DNA of 64,000 nucleotides from Minisyncoccia bacterium (lineage in GTDB: Bacteria; Patescibacteriota; Minisyncoccia; Phycocordibacterales; UBA9973): the NCBI GenBank assembly GCA_039809265.1, contig JBDHUR010000001.1, positions 5,914 to 69,913 of the forward strand, given 5' to 3'. Under the pieces are notes generated by a model, which worked only from the letters and a program-made list of their open reading frames with translations, made no database searches and was not told the DNA's origin. Positions 19,249 to 26,898 of the stretch are shown here, one piece after another (within the stretch, counting starts at the first letter, position 1; each line of letters starts with the position of its first letter). The position numbers were made by a program, and so were the translations under genes.

Positions 19249-20007
19249 CTATCTCAACCTAAACTGTGCTTTGACTGTAACCATTACATCTTTAGAGACA
19301 GTAGAAGTATCGTACGATCCGTAGTCTTCTACATCTACAGAGTCTGGGGCTAGAAGCTGCACAACACCAGAAGATGCGCCGACAAGCTTTGAAACGTTGT
19401 TCCTGCCTGAACCTTTTGCTATAACGTCCGCACGAGCTTTTGCATCTTCTATTGCTTTACCAAGCAGCGTTACACGCAAAGACGCCAGCTTCTCTTGAGA
19501 ATACAAAAACTGCGGTGCTTGCATTTGCACAAAGATTCCTTTGTCTGCAAACAAACTAGCTTTGTCTGAAATATTTTTTATCTTTGCAATATCAGAAGAA
19601 GAGACAGAGAAAGATTGGTTTAGCACCGTCCTTTCTGTGCCCTGTATCCTGTTTCCATTTTGGTCGTAGTCAGAAATTTCATAAGAAGATACAGGGTCTA
19701 TGGTAAGCTCTTCGTCAGACACACCCAAACTTTTCAAAATAGTTACAATAGCATCTTTGTCTGTATTTATCTGCTTGTACCCAGAAGCTAAAGCCCCACT
19801 GACAACCCTGCGCTCGAAAGTACCGCGCACCTTGCCGACATCGGACTCCACGCGCTCTTTGGCAGAGCCGGTCACATTTACAGTCTGCTCTCCCGCTCGC
19901 AAAGAACGCACAGCAGAGCCTACAAAAATAAACGCAAGCACAAATGCAATACCAAGAACTAAAGCGGGTATCACATATGGCCTGTTAAAAAATGAATAGT
20001 TGTTCAT
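19249..20007 (-). CDS. SIMPL domain (DUF541) protein
   Basis: VNVTGSA..VESD, KAIEDAKARADVIA and SKDVMVTVKAQF. Start ATG 20007. Confidence 0.88.
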   Translation of the reverse strand: MNNYSFFNRPYVIPALVLGIAFVLAFIFVGSAVRSLRAGEQTVNVTGSAKERVESDVGKVRGTFERRVVSGALASGYKQINTDKDAIVTILKSLGVSDEELTIDPVSSYEISDYDQNGNRIQGTERTVLNQSFSVSSSDIAKIKNISDKASLFADKGIFVQMQAPQFLYSQEKLASLRVTLLGKAIEDAKARADVIAKGSGRNNVSKLVGASSGVVQLLAPDSVDVEDYGSYDTSTVSKDVMVTVKAQFRLR

Positions 20008-20088
20008 ACATAGAGTATAACACACTATGAAGCAACTCTGTGACATACAAAGAAAAAGCCCCGCCGATAATACGGCTGGGCTTTTTGA

Positions 20089-21303
20089 CTATAAGTCATA
20101 AAGAATACCTTCATAACCTTTACTATATTGCTGTGCTATTTCAACAGCCTTCTTTTCATTTGGAAAATCTCCGTACTGACCAAAGACAACCGCATGTTTA
20201 TACTCCACATTATTTAATTGTGTTTTTGTAATATAGTAAAATATCGGATCATTATCAGCTGATTTTTCGTGCTCGGACAAGTATCTCTCAAGTTCCCCAA
20301 CTTCTAAAAGAGAACCATGTTTTTTAAGAATCCTCTCATAGACTTCTATCCAAATAGGCAAAACAGATTCTTTTGAATGCTGCCGCAAATCTTCTCCATT
20401 TTTCATGCTTATAGTAAATGCGTTGGCCGTTGCTGCTGTATAAAGTTTCCAGTGCGGCAATTCTTCGTGAACACGAAGAAGCATTTCTTTTATATCATCC
20501 GGCATCTTAGGAAATAAAACGCTTATCTTCCCATTTGATATTGACAAACCACTGTCTTCCGGAGCCTTAATGAGATATTGCGAAATTATCTTATAGAACA
20601 AATTATCATCAATATAGCTTTTTACCAGGTCGCCAAAGGTCTCACTCGGCGGCTTTGTAATACTACGATGACGATATTTCCCTATAGCAAAAGAATCAAT
20701 TGAATACGGCATGGAGAATTTATAACTGAATCCCGCTCCCTCCGACAGCCGCACAAGAACATGAAAATCATCCACACTTCTTCCGTAGTCCAATATTTTT
20801 CCTTTAACTATTTCATTATGACATCCAATAAAACTAAGACTTATGGACATGTCTGGTGTAATAATGCAACTTTTTGGATTACCATCTTTGTAAAATACAA
20901 CATACGGACAGAAAGATATGGCCCCAAGAAGCTTGGCGAACGGCAAATGAAGATAGTTATAATCAAACATTTGAGTACCATTTTCATCCAGAGATTCAAA
21001 GCGTACCAGATTACATTGATCTAAAATATCAAAAAATATATCGGCAGGTAAAACTGCCATCGGAATAATATTAACCCTTTTCAACTCTTTCAAAAGATTC
21101 TCCTTTGCAACAATATAATCTCTTATGAAAGATTTTTGCCTATTTAATATGATTTCTGTTATCTGGTTTGGCTTAACCTCAAGCTTATGACCACCAATTG
21201 AATATTGTGTATCTGTAGACTCCAAGGATAAATCAGTTTTGTTTTGCAAGCTGGCAAAAGCATTATTGGGTGCTTGATCCAATATTTCTAATAGTTTTTT
21301 CAT
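20089..21303 (-). CDS. Orphan hypothetical protein (404 aa, AT-rich)
   Basis: Long ORF with its own TTGACA-17bp-TAGTTT promoter and a downstream hairpin; no family recognised. Confidence 0.75.
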   Translation of the reverse strand: MKKLLEILDQAPNNAFASLQNKTDLSLESTDTQYSIGGHKLEVKPNQITEIILNRQKSFIRDYIVAKENLLKELKRVNIIPMAVLPADIFFDILDQCNLVRFESLDENGTQMFDYNYLHLPFAKLLGAISFCPYVVFYKDGNPKSCIITPDMSISLSFIGCHNEIVKGKILDYGRSVDDFHVLVRLSEGAGFSYKFSMPYSIDSFAIGKYRHRSITKPPSETFGDLVKSYIDDNLFYKIISQYLIKAPEDSGLSISNGKISVLFPKMPDDIKEMLLRVHEELPHWKLYTAATANAFTISMKNGEDLRQHSKESVLPIWIEVYERILKKHGSLLEVGELERYLSEHEKSADNDPIFYYITKTQLNNVEYKHAVVFGQYGDFPNEKKAVEIAQQYSKGYEGILYDL

Positions 21304-21483
21304 TTTTTATAGAATTTTTTCTAAAAACTAACATTTTACGCAATTTTTGTCAAACTTTTGACTGCTATTGCGCTTCATTTTCAGGACGGTATAATGGGGG
21401 CATAGGTTTTAAAGGCTTTTGGATAAGCCAATAGCCTTGCGGTCGAATGTTTTTATTGGCAATTTTATCCCATAAAATAAGTT

Positions 21484-21756
21484 ATGAACAAACAAGACTT
21501 GATAGAATGGGTTCACGGCAAGATCGGTGGCACAAAAGTGCAGGCTGAAGAAGTCGTATCCGGCATAGTTGACTCCATCGTTGATACTTTGAAAAAAGGA
21601 GACGAGGTGTCTATAGCGGGGCTTGGCATCTTTTCTGTAAAGCAACGCGCCGCAAGGATGGCTCGCAACCCAAAAACTGGTGAGCAAGTAAAGGTTGCAG
21701 CTACAAAAGTTCCAAAATTCCGCGCCGCAAAGGCACTCAAGGACGCAGTAAAATAA
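21484..21756 (+). CDS. hup: DNA-binding protein HU
   Basis: MNKQDLI..GLGIF..RAARMARNPKTGE..PKFRAAKALKDAV. Confidence 0.97.
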   Translation: MNKQDLIEWVHGKIGGTKVQAEEVVSGIVDSIVDTLKKGDEVSIAGLGIFSVKQRAARMARNPKTGEQVKVAATKVPKFRAAKALKDAVK

Positions 21757-21771
21757 AGCGTCACCCACTTA

Positions 21772-21800
21772 CACAAAACCCGCCATTGGCGGGTTTTGTG
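21772..21800. terminator. Bidirectional terminator between hup and the ZIP gene
   Basis: CACAAAACCCGCC-att-GGCGGGTTTTGTG. Confidence 0.88.
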
Positions 21801-21801
21801 T

Positions 21802-22530
21802 TTATGAATGAATCGCAGAAGTCACCAGGAGAATAAATACAACTCCCAATACTGTCATAGCTACAGTTTTCCAAGACGAATGTTTTGAATGAGCCTCTGG
21901 CAAAATATCTGACACACCTATGTATAGCAAGAATCCTGCGAAGAATCCTAGATATATAAGTAGCGCTTTCTCTGGTAATGTAAAAAGTAAAGTGGATAAT
22001 CCACCCAAAACAGGAGCAATAGCGTCTACATAAAGAAATTGCCTCGCTCTTTTTTCTGTATTCTTGTGACGCAACATCAAAGAAACGGTATTCAGTCCGT
22101 CTGAGAAGTCGTGAGCGATCACTGCCAAAGCTACCAGCACACCGACAGCAGTATCTACTTGAAAACCAAGTCCGATACCAATTCCATCCAAAAATGAATG
22201 GCCAGCAAGAGCAAGTGCTTGAAACTTTCCTACAATTGGATGCGAATGCTCCTTGTACTCGTCTTCATGTGAATGATGTATCAAGAGCATCTTTTCCGCA
22301 ATATGAAAAAGCAAAAAAGCACCCACAAGAGCAAGCATGGGATATATAGGATCAAGCCCTGTCTTCCCCGTCAGCTCCACAATTTCAGGAAAAATATCAA
22401 AAGCTATAACAGCCAAGATAACTCCTGCAGTAAAGCCCAGTACCAAGTGAAGTTTATTTTTATACTTCAGCCCAACCAGCCCGCCAGCAAAAGTAGAAAA
22501 GAATGTCAAAAAAATAAAAAGTAGCGCCAT
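21802..22530 (-). CDS. ZIP family metal transporter
   Basis: HSFLDG, AHDFSDG, His-rich loop and DILPEAH. Confidence 0.92.
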   Translation of the reverse strand: MALLFIFLTFFSTFAGGLVGLKYKNKLHLVLGFTAGVILAVIAFDIFPEIVELTGKTGLDPIYPMLALVGAFLLFHIAEKMLLIHHSHEDEYKEHSHPIVGKFQALALAGHSFLDGIGIGLGFQVDTAVGVLVALAVIAHDFSDGLNTVSLMLRHKNTEKRARQFLYVDAIAPVLGGLSTLLFTLPEKALLIYLGFFAGFLLYIGVSDILPEAHSKHSSWKTVAMTVLGVVFILLVTSAIHS

Positions 22531-22632
22531 GTGTACGCCATTCTATCAAAACAAAAATGCTTTGCAAGTATTTTAAAGAAAAACAGCCTACACATATATG
22601 CAGGCTGAGAATTCCAACAATGAAAAAAATAA

Positions 22633-22935
22633 TTACATTTTGAACAACAAAATCCTTAAGTCAAGATTGTGTGTTTGGGTTACACTTAATATAAGTGCAA
22701 AAAACAACACACCTGCTAATGACAATAAAATGCCCATAATCTTGAAAGAAAGCTCGCGGGACTTCAACAAAATAAATATACCGAGAGTAAGGAATACTAA
22801 AGAAATACAGGTTACGATCTTTGTTTGAGAAGAAATATTGTCCATGTCTCCACCGTGTATATAAGCAAGACGAAACAATAACAAAGTAAGCACCAGAGCA
22901 ATTATGCCCATAGTTATAGCAATAACATTTTTCAT
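22633..22935 (-). CDS. Orphan three-TM small membrane protein
   Basis: Three hydrophobic helices; promoter TTGACG(23006)-17bp-TATCAT begins immediately after the tRNA-Gly 3' end. Confidence 0.7.
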   Translation of the reverse strand: MKNVIAITMGIIALVLTLLLFRLAYIHGGDMDNISSQTKIVTCISLVFLTLGIFILLKSRELSFKIMGILLSLAGVLFFALILSVTQTHNLDLRILLFKM

Positions 22936-23007
22936 TTTTATTAATTTTTTAAGTCAAACACAATTATATCTAGATAGATGATATAATATTTTCACTTAAA
23001 CGTCAAG

Positions 23008-23078
23008 TGCGAGTAGGGGGAATCGAACCCCCGTCCCCTGCTTGGAAGGCAGGTATTCTACCACTAAACCATACTCGC
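23008..23078 (-). tRNA. tRNA-Gly(TCC), CCA not encoded
   Basis: GCGAGTA/TACTCGC acceptor stem, CCTGC-CTTCCAA-GCAGG anticodon arm, GTTCGATTC T-loop. Confidence 0.96.
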
Positions 23079-23090
23079 AAAACGATCTCT

Positions 23091-23164
23091 TGGTCGGGGT
23101 GCCGAGAATCGAACTCGGCCCTCTTGTTCCCAAAACAAGTATACTACCGATATACTACACCCCG
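23091..23164 (-). tRNA. tRNA-Pro(TGG), CCA encoded
   Basis: CGGGGTG/CACCCCG acceptor stem, CTTGT-TTTGGGA-ACAAG anticodon arm, ends in ACCA. Confidence 0.96.
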
Positions 23165-23279
23165 ACAAAAAGATCGTTAAGGCTTCTCTATATTATCATA
23201 TTTTAGCTTTTAGACAATAAAAAAGGCCTGCCTCATGTATGAAAAACCGGCAGACCTTCACTCTAAGAGAAAATAAAAT

Positions 23280-24002
23280 TTAACTCATAGCATCATAGTA
23301 TTCACATATATGCCTAGTGGCGAAATACCGTTTGCGTACACCTTGAACGATGACCTCTTTCAGCTTCTTGTCTATATCCCATTTATTCTCGTCATTGAAC
23401 CAAAGCATGTGCGTTACTTCCCTTTTTAGACAAAGAAAAAATTTGTTGCTATCTTTCGGTCGAACATTCTTTGAGATAAAAATAGAATACTTCTTAAGCT
23501 TAACGCTGTCATCGTCTATGTGCATAGAGTACAGCTTTATCGGCTTGCGGCCTTGCTCTTCCCAATAAGGCATGGAAACAGTAAATGGATGATGCGATGA
23601 GAGCAAAGACTTCACCTCATAATTATTTGGCACAGCAATATCGCTTACAAAGTAGTACCCTCGGCCGTCTCGCAAGAAATAATACTTTGAAAAATTCCTT
23701 GAGTTTTCATTCACTAAGCTGAAAATAATGTTTAGCTTCTTATCCTTCGGCATCTCATAATAATGTTTGTACTTGTTGAGGATGCCACCGTAGCTGGATT
23801 TCTCCAAGTTTAGCAGTATCTTTGCGGGAGCTTTAGAGATAAGGACTTTGTTTTTCATGTAAAGTTCCGGGTGAATGGACTGCGGTATCTCTATACAAGT
23901 AGAAGGAACAGTACTTGTTGTGTCTGGTTCTACCAGCGACAAGTTTTGGTAAGGATTTGACAGGTCATTTATGCTGACGAGGCAAGCTTGAATTTGTATC
24001 AT
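23280..24002 (-). CDS. Orphan hypothetical protein (240 aa)
   Basis: Own TTGACT-17bp-TATACT promoter whose -35 overlaps the yraN stop codon. Confidence 0.7.
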   Translation of the reverse strand: MIQIQACLVSINDLSNPYQNLSLVEPDTTSTVPSTCIEIPQSIHPELYMKNKVLISKAPAKILLNLEKSSYGGILNKYKHYYEMPKDKKLNIIFSLVNENSRNFSKYYFLRDGRGYYFVSDIAVPNNYEVKSLLSSHHPFTVSMPYWEEQGRKPIKLYSMHIDDDSVKLKKYSIFISKNVRPKDSNKFFLCLKREVTHMLWFNDENKWDIDKKLKEVIVQGVRKRYFATRHICEYYDAMS

Positions 24003-24059
24003 AATTATGTGGTTTTTTAGAATTATTCACTCAAAGTATATAACTTTTATAGCTTAAAG

Positions 24060-24500
24060 TCAATATGTTATATTTGGGATCAATTTTACCCTAGCGGTAC
24101 GAGTAGGTATATGGATATACACACAATACAAATCTGCTTGCCACTCCCCCTCTATGGCTTTTTGGATTAAGTACGTTTGTATTGTCCTTAAGAACTTACG
24201 GACTTTTATTGAGTGCATATTTTCCTCTGGACGAAAATATGTCTGTTTTGATTTTTCCGTAAATTCAACGCTGCTACCACCCGTTTCATATGAAACGGGT
24301 GGTAGCGTTACACATGAAACAGCTTTAACTTCTATAAAATATATCTTTCTGTCTTTTGAAGCGACAATATCAATCTCACCCCATTTCTTTGTATAGTTAC
24401 GCTCTATAACCTTGAAACCTTTTGAAATAAGATATTTGCAAGCAATATCCTCGCCTAGTTCCCCTATTCTTTGAGTTTTTGATGTAAATACCTTTGGCAT
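24060..24500 (-). CDS. yraN: YraN family (UPF0102) nuclease-like protein
   Basis: GELGEDIACKYL..ERNY..GEIDIV..FIEVK motifs, with an insertion after EVK. Confidence 0.92.
   Translation of the reverse strand: MPKVFTSKTQRIGELGEDIACKYLISKGFKVIERNYTKKWGEIDIVASKDRKIYFIEVKAVSCVTLPPVSYETGGSSVEFTEKSKQTYFRPEENMHSIKVRKFLRTIQTYLIQKAIEGEWQADLYCVYIHIPTRTARVKLIPNITY
24273..24321. other. Two parS-like sites inside yraN; the first lies within a perfect 34-bp palindrome
   Basis: GCTACCACCCGTTTCAT|ATGAAACGGGTGGTAGC (24273-24306) and CGTTACACATGAAACA (24306-24321). Confidence 0.7.
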
Positions 24501-24517
24501 ATTATTTAAATATTACC

Positions 24518-24548
24518 TGTTTCATATGAAACTGTTTCACGTGAAACA
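24518..24548. other. Tandem parS sites
   Basis: TGTTTCATATGAAACT (24518-33) and the exact consensus TGTTTCACGTGAAACA (24533-48). Confidence 0.85.
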
Positions 24549-24750
24549 ATTTGTATATAAAAACTGTTAATTTTAAGTGTCCTAGAGATATATTCTGAAA
24601 AATGCTTATTTTGTAAGGGTATTTTAGTTTTAGACTTTTATAAACATTTCTTAAAAGTCATTTTGTAAAGGAAATTATGTGTCTTTTATGCACAAAGTAC
24701 ACAGAGTTATCCACAGTTTGTTGGTAAATATGGGTAAAAATGTGGATTAA
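24549..24750. other. Candidate oriC (AT-rich tract plus DnaA-box array)
   Basis: TTATGCACA 24686 and perfect TTATCCACA 24707; opposite-facing TGTTGGTAA 24719, TATGGGTAA 24729 and TGTGGATTA 24741; adjacent to parS sites. Confidence 0.55.
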
Positions 24751-24812
24751 AGGACACTTGCATATGCAAAGTTTTAATAGAATGCTGTCACAAGCTGTAC
24801 AAAAGGTCGTTG

Positions 24813-24883
24813 TGCGGCTAGGGAGAATCGAACTCCCGTCTCATCCTTGGCAAGGACGTGTTCTACCACTAAACCATAGCCGC
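24813..24883 (-). tRNA. tRNA-Gly(GCC), CCA not encoded
   Basis: GCGGCTA/TAGCCGC acceptor stem, CTGCC-type anticodon loop (CTTGCCAA context), GTTCGATTC T-loop. Confidence 0.96.
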
Positions 24884-24994
24884 AAAAATACAACAGCTGA
24901 ATTGTACTATTTTTCTAAAATAAACGCAATTATTTCTTGTTATATTTACACAATTTGATAAATAACATATAATTAAACACATTAAAAAATAATC

Positions 24995-25066
24995 GCACCC
25001 GTGGTGAAATGGATATCATACCGGTCTTCGGAACCGTTGTTGGGGGTTCGAATCCCTCCGGGTGCA
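24995..25066 (+). tRNA. tRNA-Arg(TCG), CCA not encoded
   Basis: GCACCCG/CGGGTGC acceptor stem, CGGT-CTTCGGA-ACCG anticodon arm, GTTCGAATC T-loop. Confidence 0.95.
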
Positions 25067-25081
25067 CAAAACTTTGGCTTT

Positions 25082-26587
25082 ATGAGCCACGACATAACAA
25101 AACCAATAAATAATAAACTTATACCCAGAGAAGTGCTCGGGGTAGTGGAGACGCTAGAGAAAGCGGGATTTGAAGCGTACTTGATCGGCGGATGCGTACG
25201 AGATCTTATTCTAGGCAGCACACCAAAGGACTGGGACGTAACAACCAACGCTGTCCCTGAGCAGATAGTTTCTTTGTTTTCAAAGACAGTTTACGAAAAT
25301 GACTTTGGGACAGTGGCCGTTATAGACGAATCATTGGACGTTAACCCAAAATTAAAGGCCATAGAAGTAACGCCTTATAGAACAGAAGGGAAATATAGTG
25401 ATTTTCGTCATCCAGATAAAGTATCTTTTAGTAAAGACATAAAGGACGACCTGCAAAGACGAGACTTCACGGTCAATGCGCTAGCCTACAACCCATCTAA
25501 AGGACATTTATTGGACTTATACGACGGTATAAAGGACATAAAAGACAGAAGGCTACGAACTGTGGGGGAAGCCTCTTTGCGCTTCACAGAGGACGCTTTA
25601 CGCATGATGCGTGCTATTCGCTTCTCCTGCCAGCTTGGCTTCACCATATCTTCCGAAACCATAGTAGGCATAACAGAAAATGCACCCCTCTTGAAGAATA
25701 TCTCCATGGAACGTATCCGGGACGAATTTATAAAAATAATAAATTCACCAGAACCTATGGTTGGGGTGGGAATGCTTGCCAAACTTGAACTTTTGCATTA
25801 CTTCGTGCCAGAGCTTGAAGAGGGTATAGGCTGCGAACAAAAAGGTGAGCACATATACGACGTTTTTGAACACATGCTTCACGCGCTAGAACATGCAAAG
25901 GAAAAAGGCTGGGATTTTGACATACGTTTGGCTGCGCTCTTGCACGACATAGGCAAGCCACGCACCAGACGCTGGGACGGCACAAAAGCAGGCGGAAGAG
26001 GGAAGTACACTTTCTATGGACACGAAGTAGTCGGAGCACGAATGGTAAAAAAAATATTAGAACGCTTACGCTTACCAAAAGATATTTCAGAGAAAGTAGA
26101 GAAACTTGTGCGATACCACATGTTTTTCTCTGATACAGAGACCATTACTTTGTCTGCTGTACGCCGTACCATAGTAAATGTCGGAAGGGAAAATATCTGG
26201 GAACTTATGAAGGTTCGTGAATGCGATAGAGCAGGGATGAGAAAGCCGGAAGCCCCATACCGCCTTCGTAAATACCACGCTATGATAGAGGAGGCTTTGC
26301 GGGCACCAACTTCTGTAGCAATGCTAAAGATAAAAGGAGAAACGCTGAAAGAGCTTGGCATAGAGCCAGGGCCAAGAATGGGCTTCATCCTGCACGCTTT
26401 GCTTGAAGAGTGTCTGGAAGATGATGCGAAAAATGGAATAGCATATTTGGAATCCCGTGCACTTGAACTAAATACTTTGCCAGATGCAGACTTGCGCAAA
26501 CTCGGCGAGAAGGGGAAGGAGAAGAAAGAGGAAGTAAACGAATCAGAGATAACCAAACTACACGAGAGACATAAGGTTAGAAAATAA
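25082..26587 (+). CDS. cca: CCA tRNA nucleotidyltransferase with HD domain
   Basis: GGCVRD, DWDV, RRDFTVNA, EDALRMMRAIRF and LHDIGKP motifs. Start ATG 25082, since the ORF-track start overlaps the tRNA. Confidence 0.93.
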   Translation: MSHDITKPINNKLIPREVLGVVETLEKAGFEAYLIGGCVRDLILGSTPKDWDVTTNAVPEQIVSLFSKTVYENDFGTVAVIDESLDVNPKLKAIEVTPYRTEGKYSDFRHPDKVSFSKDIKDDLQRRDFTVNALAYNPSKGHLLDLYDGIKDIKDRRLRTVGEASLRFTEDALRMMRAIRFSCQLGFTISSETIVGITENAPLLKNISMERIRDEFIKIINSPEPMVGVGMLAKLELLHYFVPELEEGIGCEQKGEHIYDVFEHMLHALEHAKEKGWDFDIRLAALLHDIGKPRTRRWDGTKAGGRGKYTFYGHEVVGARMVKKILERLRLPKDISEKVEKLVRYHMFFSDTETITLSAVRRTIVNVGRENIWELMKVRECDRAGMRKPEAPYRLRKYHAMIEEALRAPTSVAMLKIKGETLKELGIEPGPRMGFILHALLEECLEDDAKNGIAYLESRALELNTLPDADLRKLGEKGKEKKEEVNESEITKLHERHKVRK

Positions 26588-26590
26588 AAA

Positions 26591-26857
26591 ATGAAAACAA
26601 TACATAAATCATTCACACAAAAAGTACTAGAGGTGGTTCGGAAAATTCCGAAAGGAGAAGTACTGAGCTATGCAGATGTGGCGCGGCGAGCGGGTTCTCC
26701 GCGAGCCGCGCGGGCCGTTGGAAGCATAATGAAAGCAAACTTTCGTCCTGACGTGCCATGCCATAGAGTTATAAAAAGTGATGGAACACTTGGAAACTAT
26801 AATCGCGGAGCGAAAAAGAAATTTGCATTATTAAAAGCAGAAGGATATATAAAATAA
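26591..26857 (+). CDS. Single-domain O6-alkylguanine alkyltransferase (MGMT family)
   Basis: IPKGEVLSY, RAARAVG and PCHRVI active-site motifs. Confidence 0.92.
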   Translation: MKTIHKSFTQKVLEVVRKIPKGEVLSYADVARRAGSPRAARAVGSIMKANFRPDVPCHRVIKSDGTLGNYNRGAKKKFALLKAEGYIK

Positions 26858-26898
26858 AACTCCCTGCACGCTAGCTTGCAGGGAGTTGATTTTTCGCC

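Noticed and set aside
22633-24002. tRNA-anchored genomic island
   Set aside because: No duplicated tRNA 3' end and no adjacent integrase; only single orphan genes.
25001-25081. N-terminal extension of cca in the ORF track
   Set aside because: It overlaps tRNA-Arg; the real start is ATG 25082.
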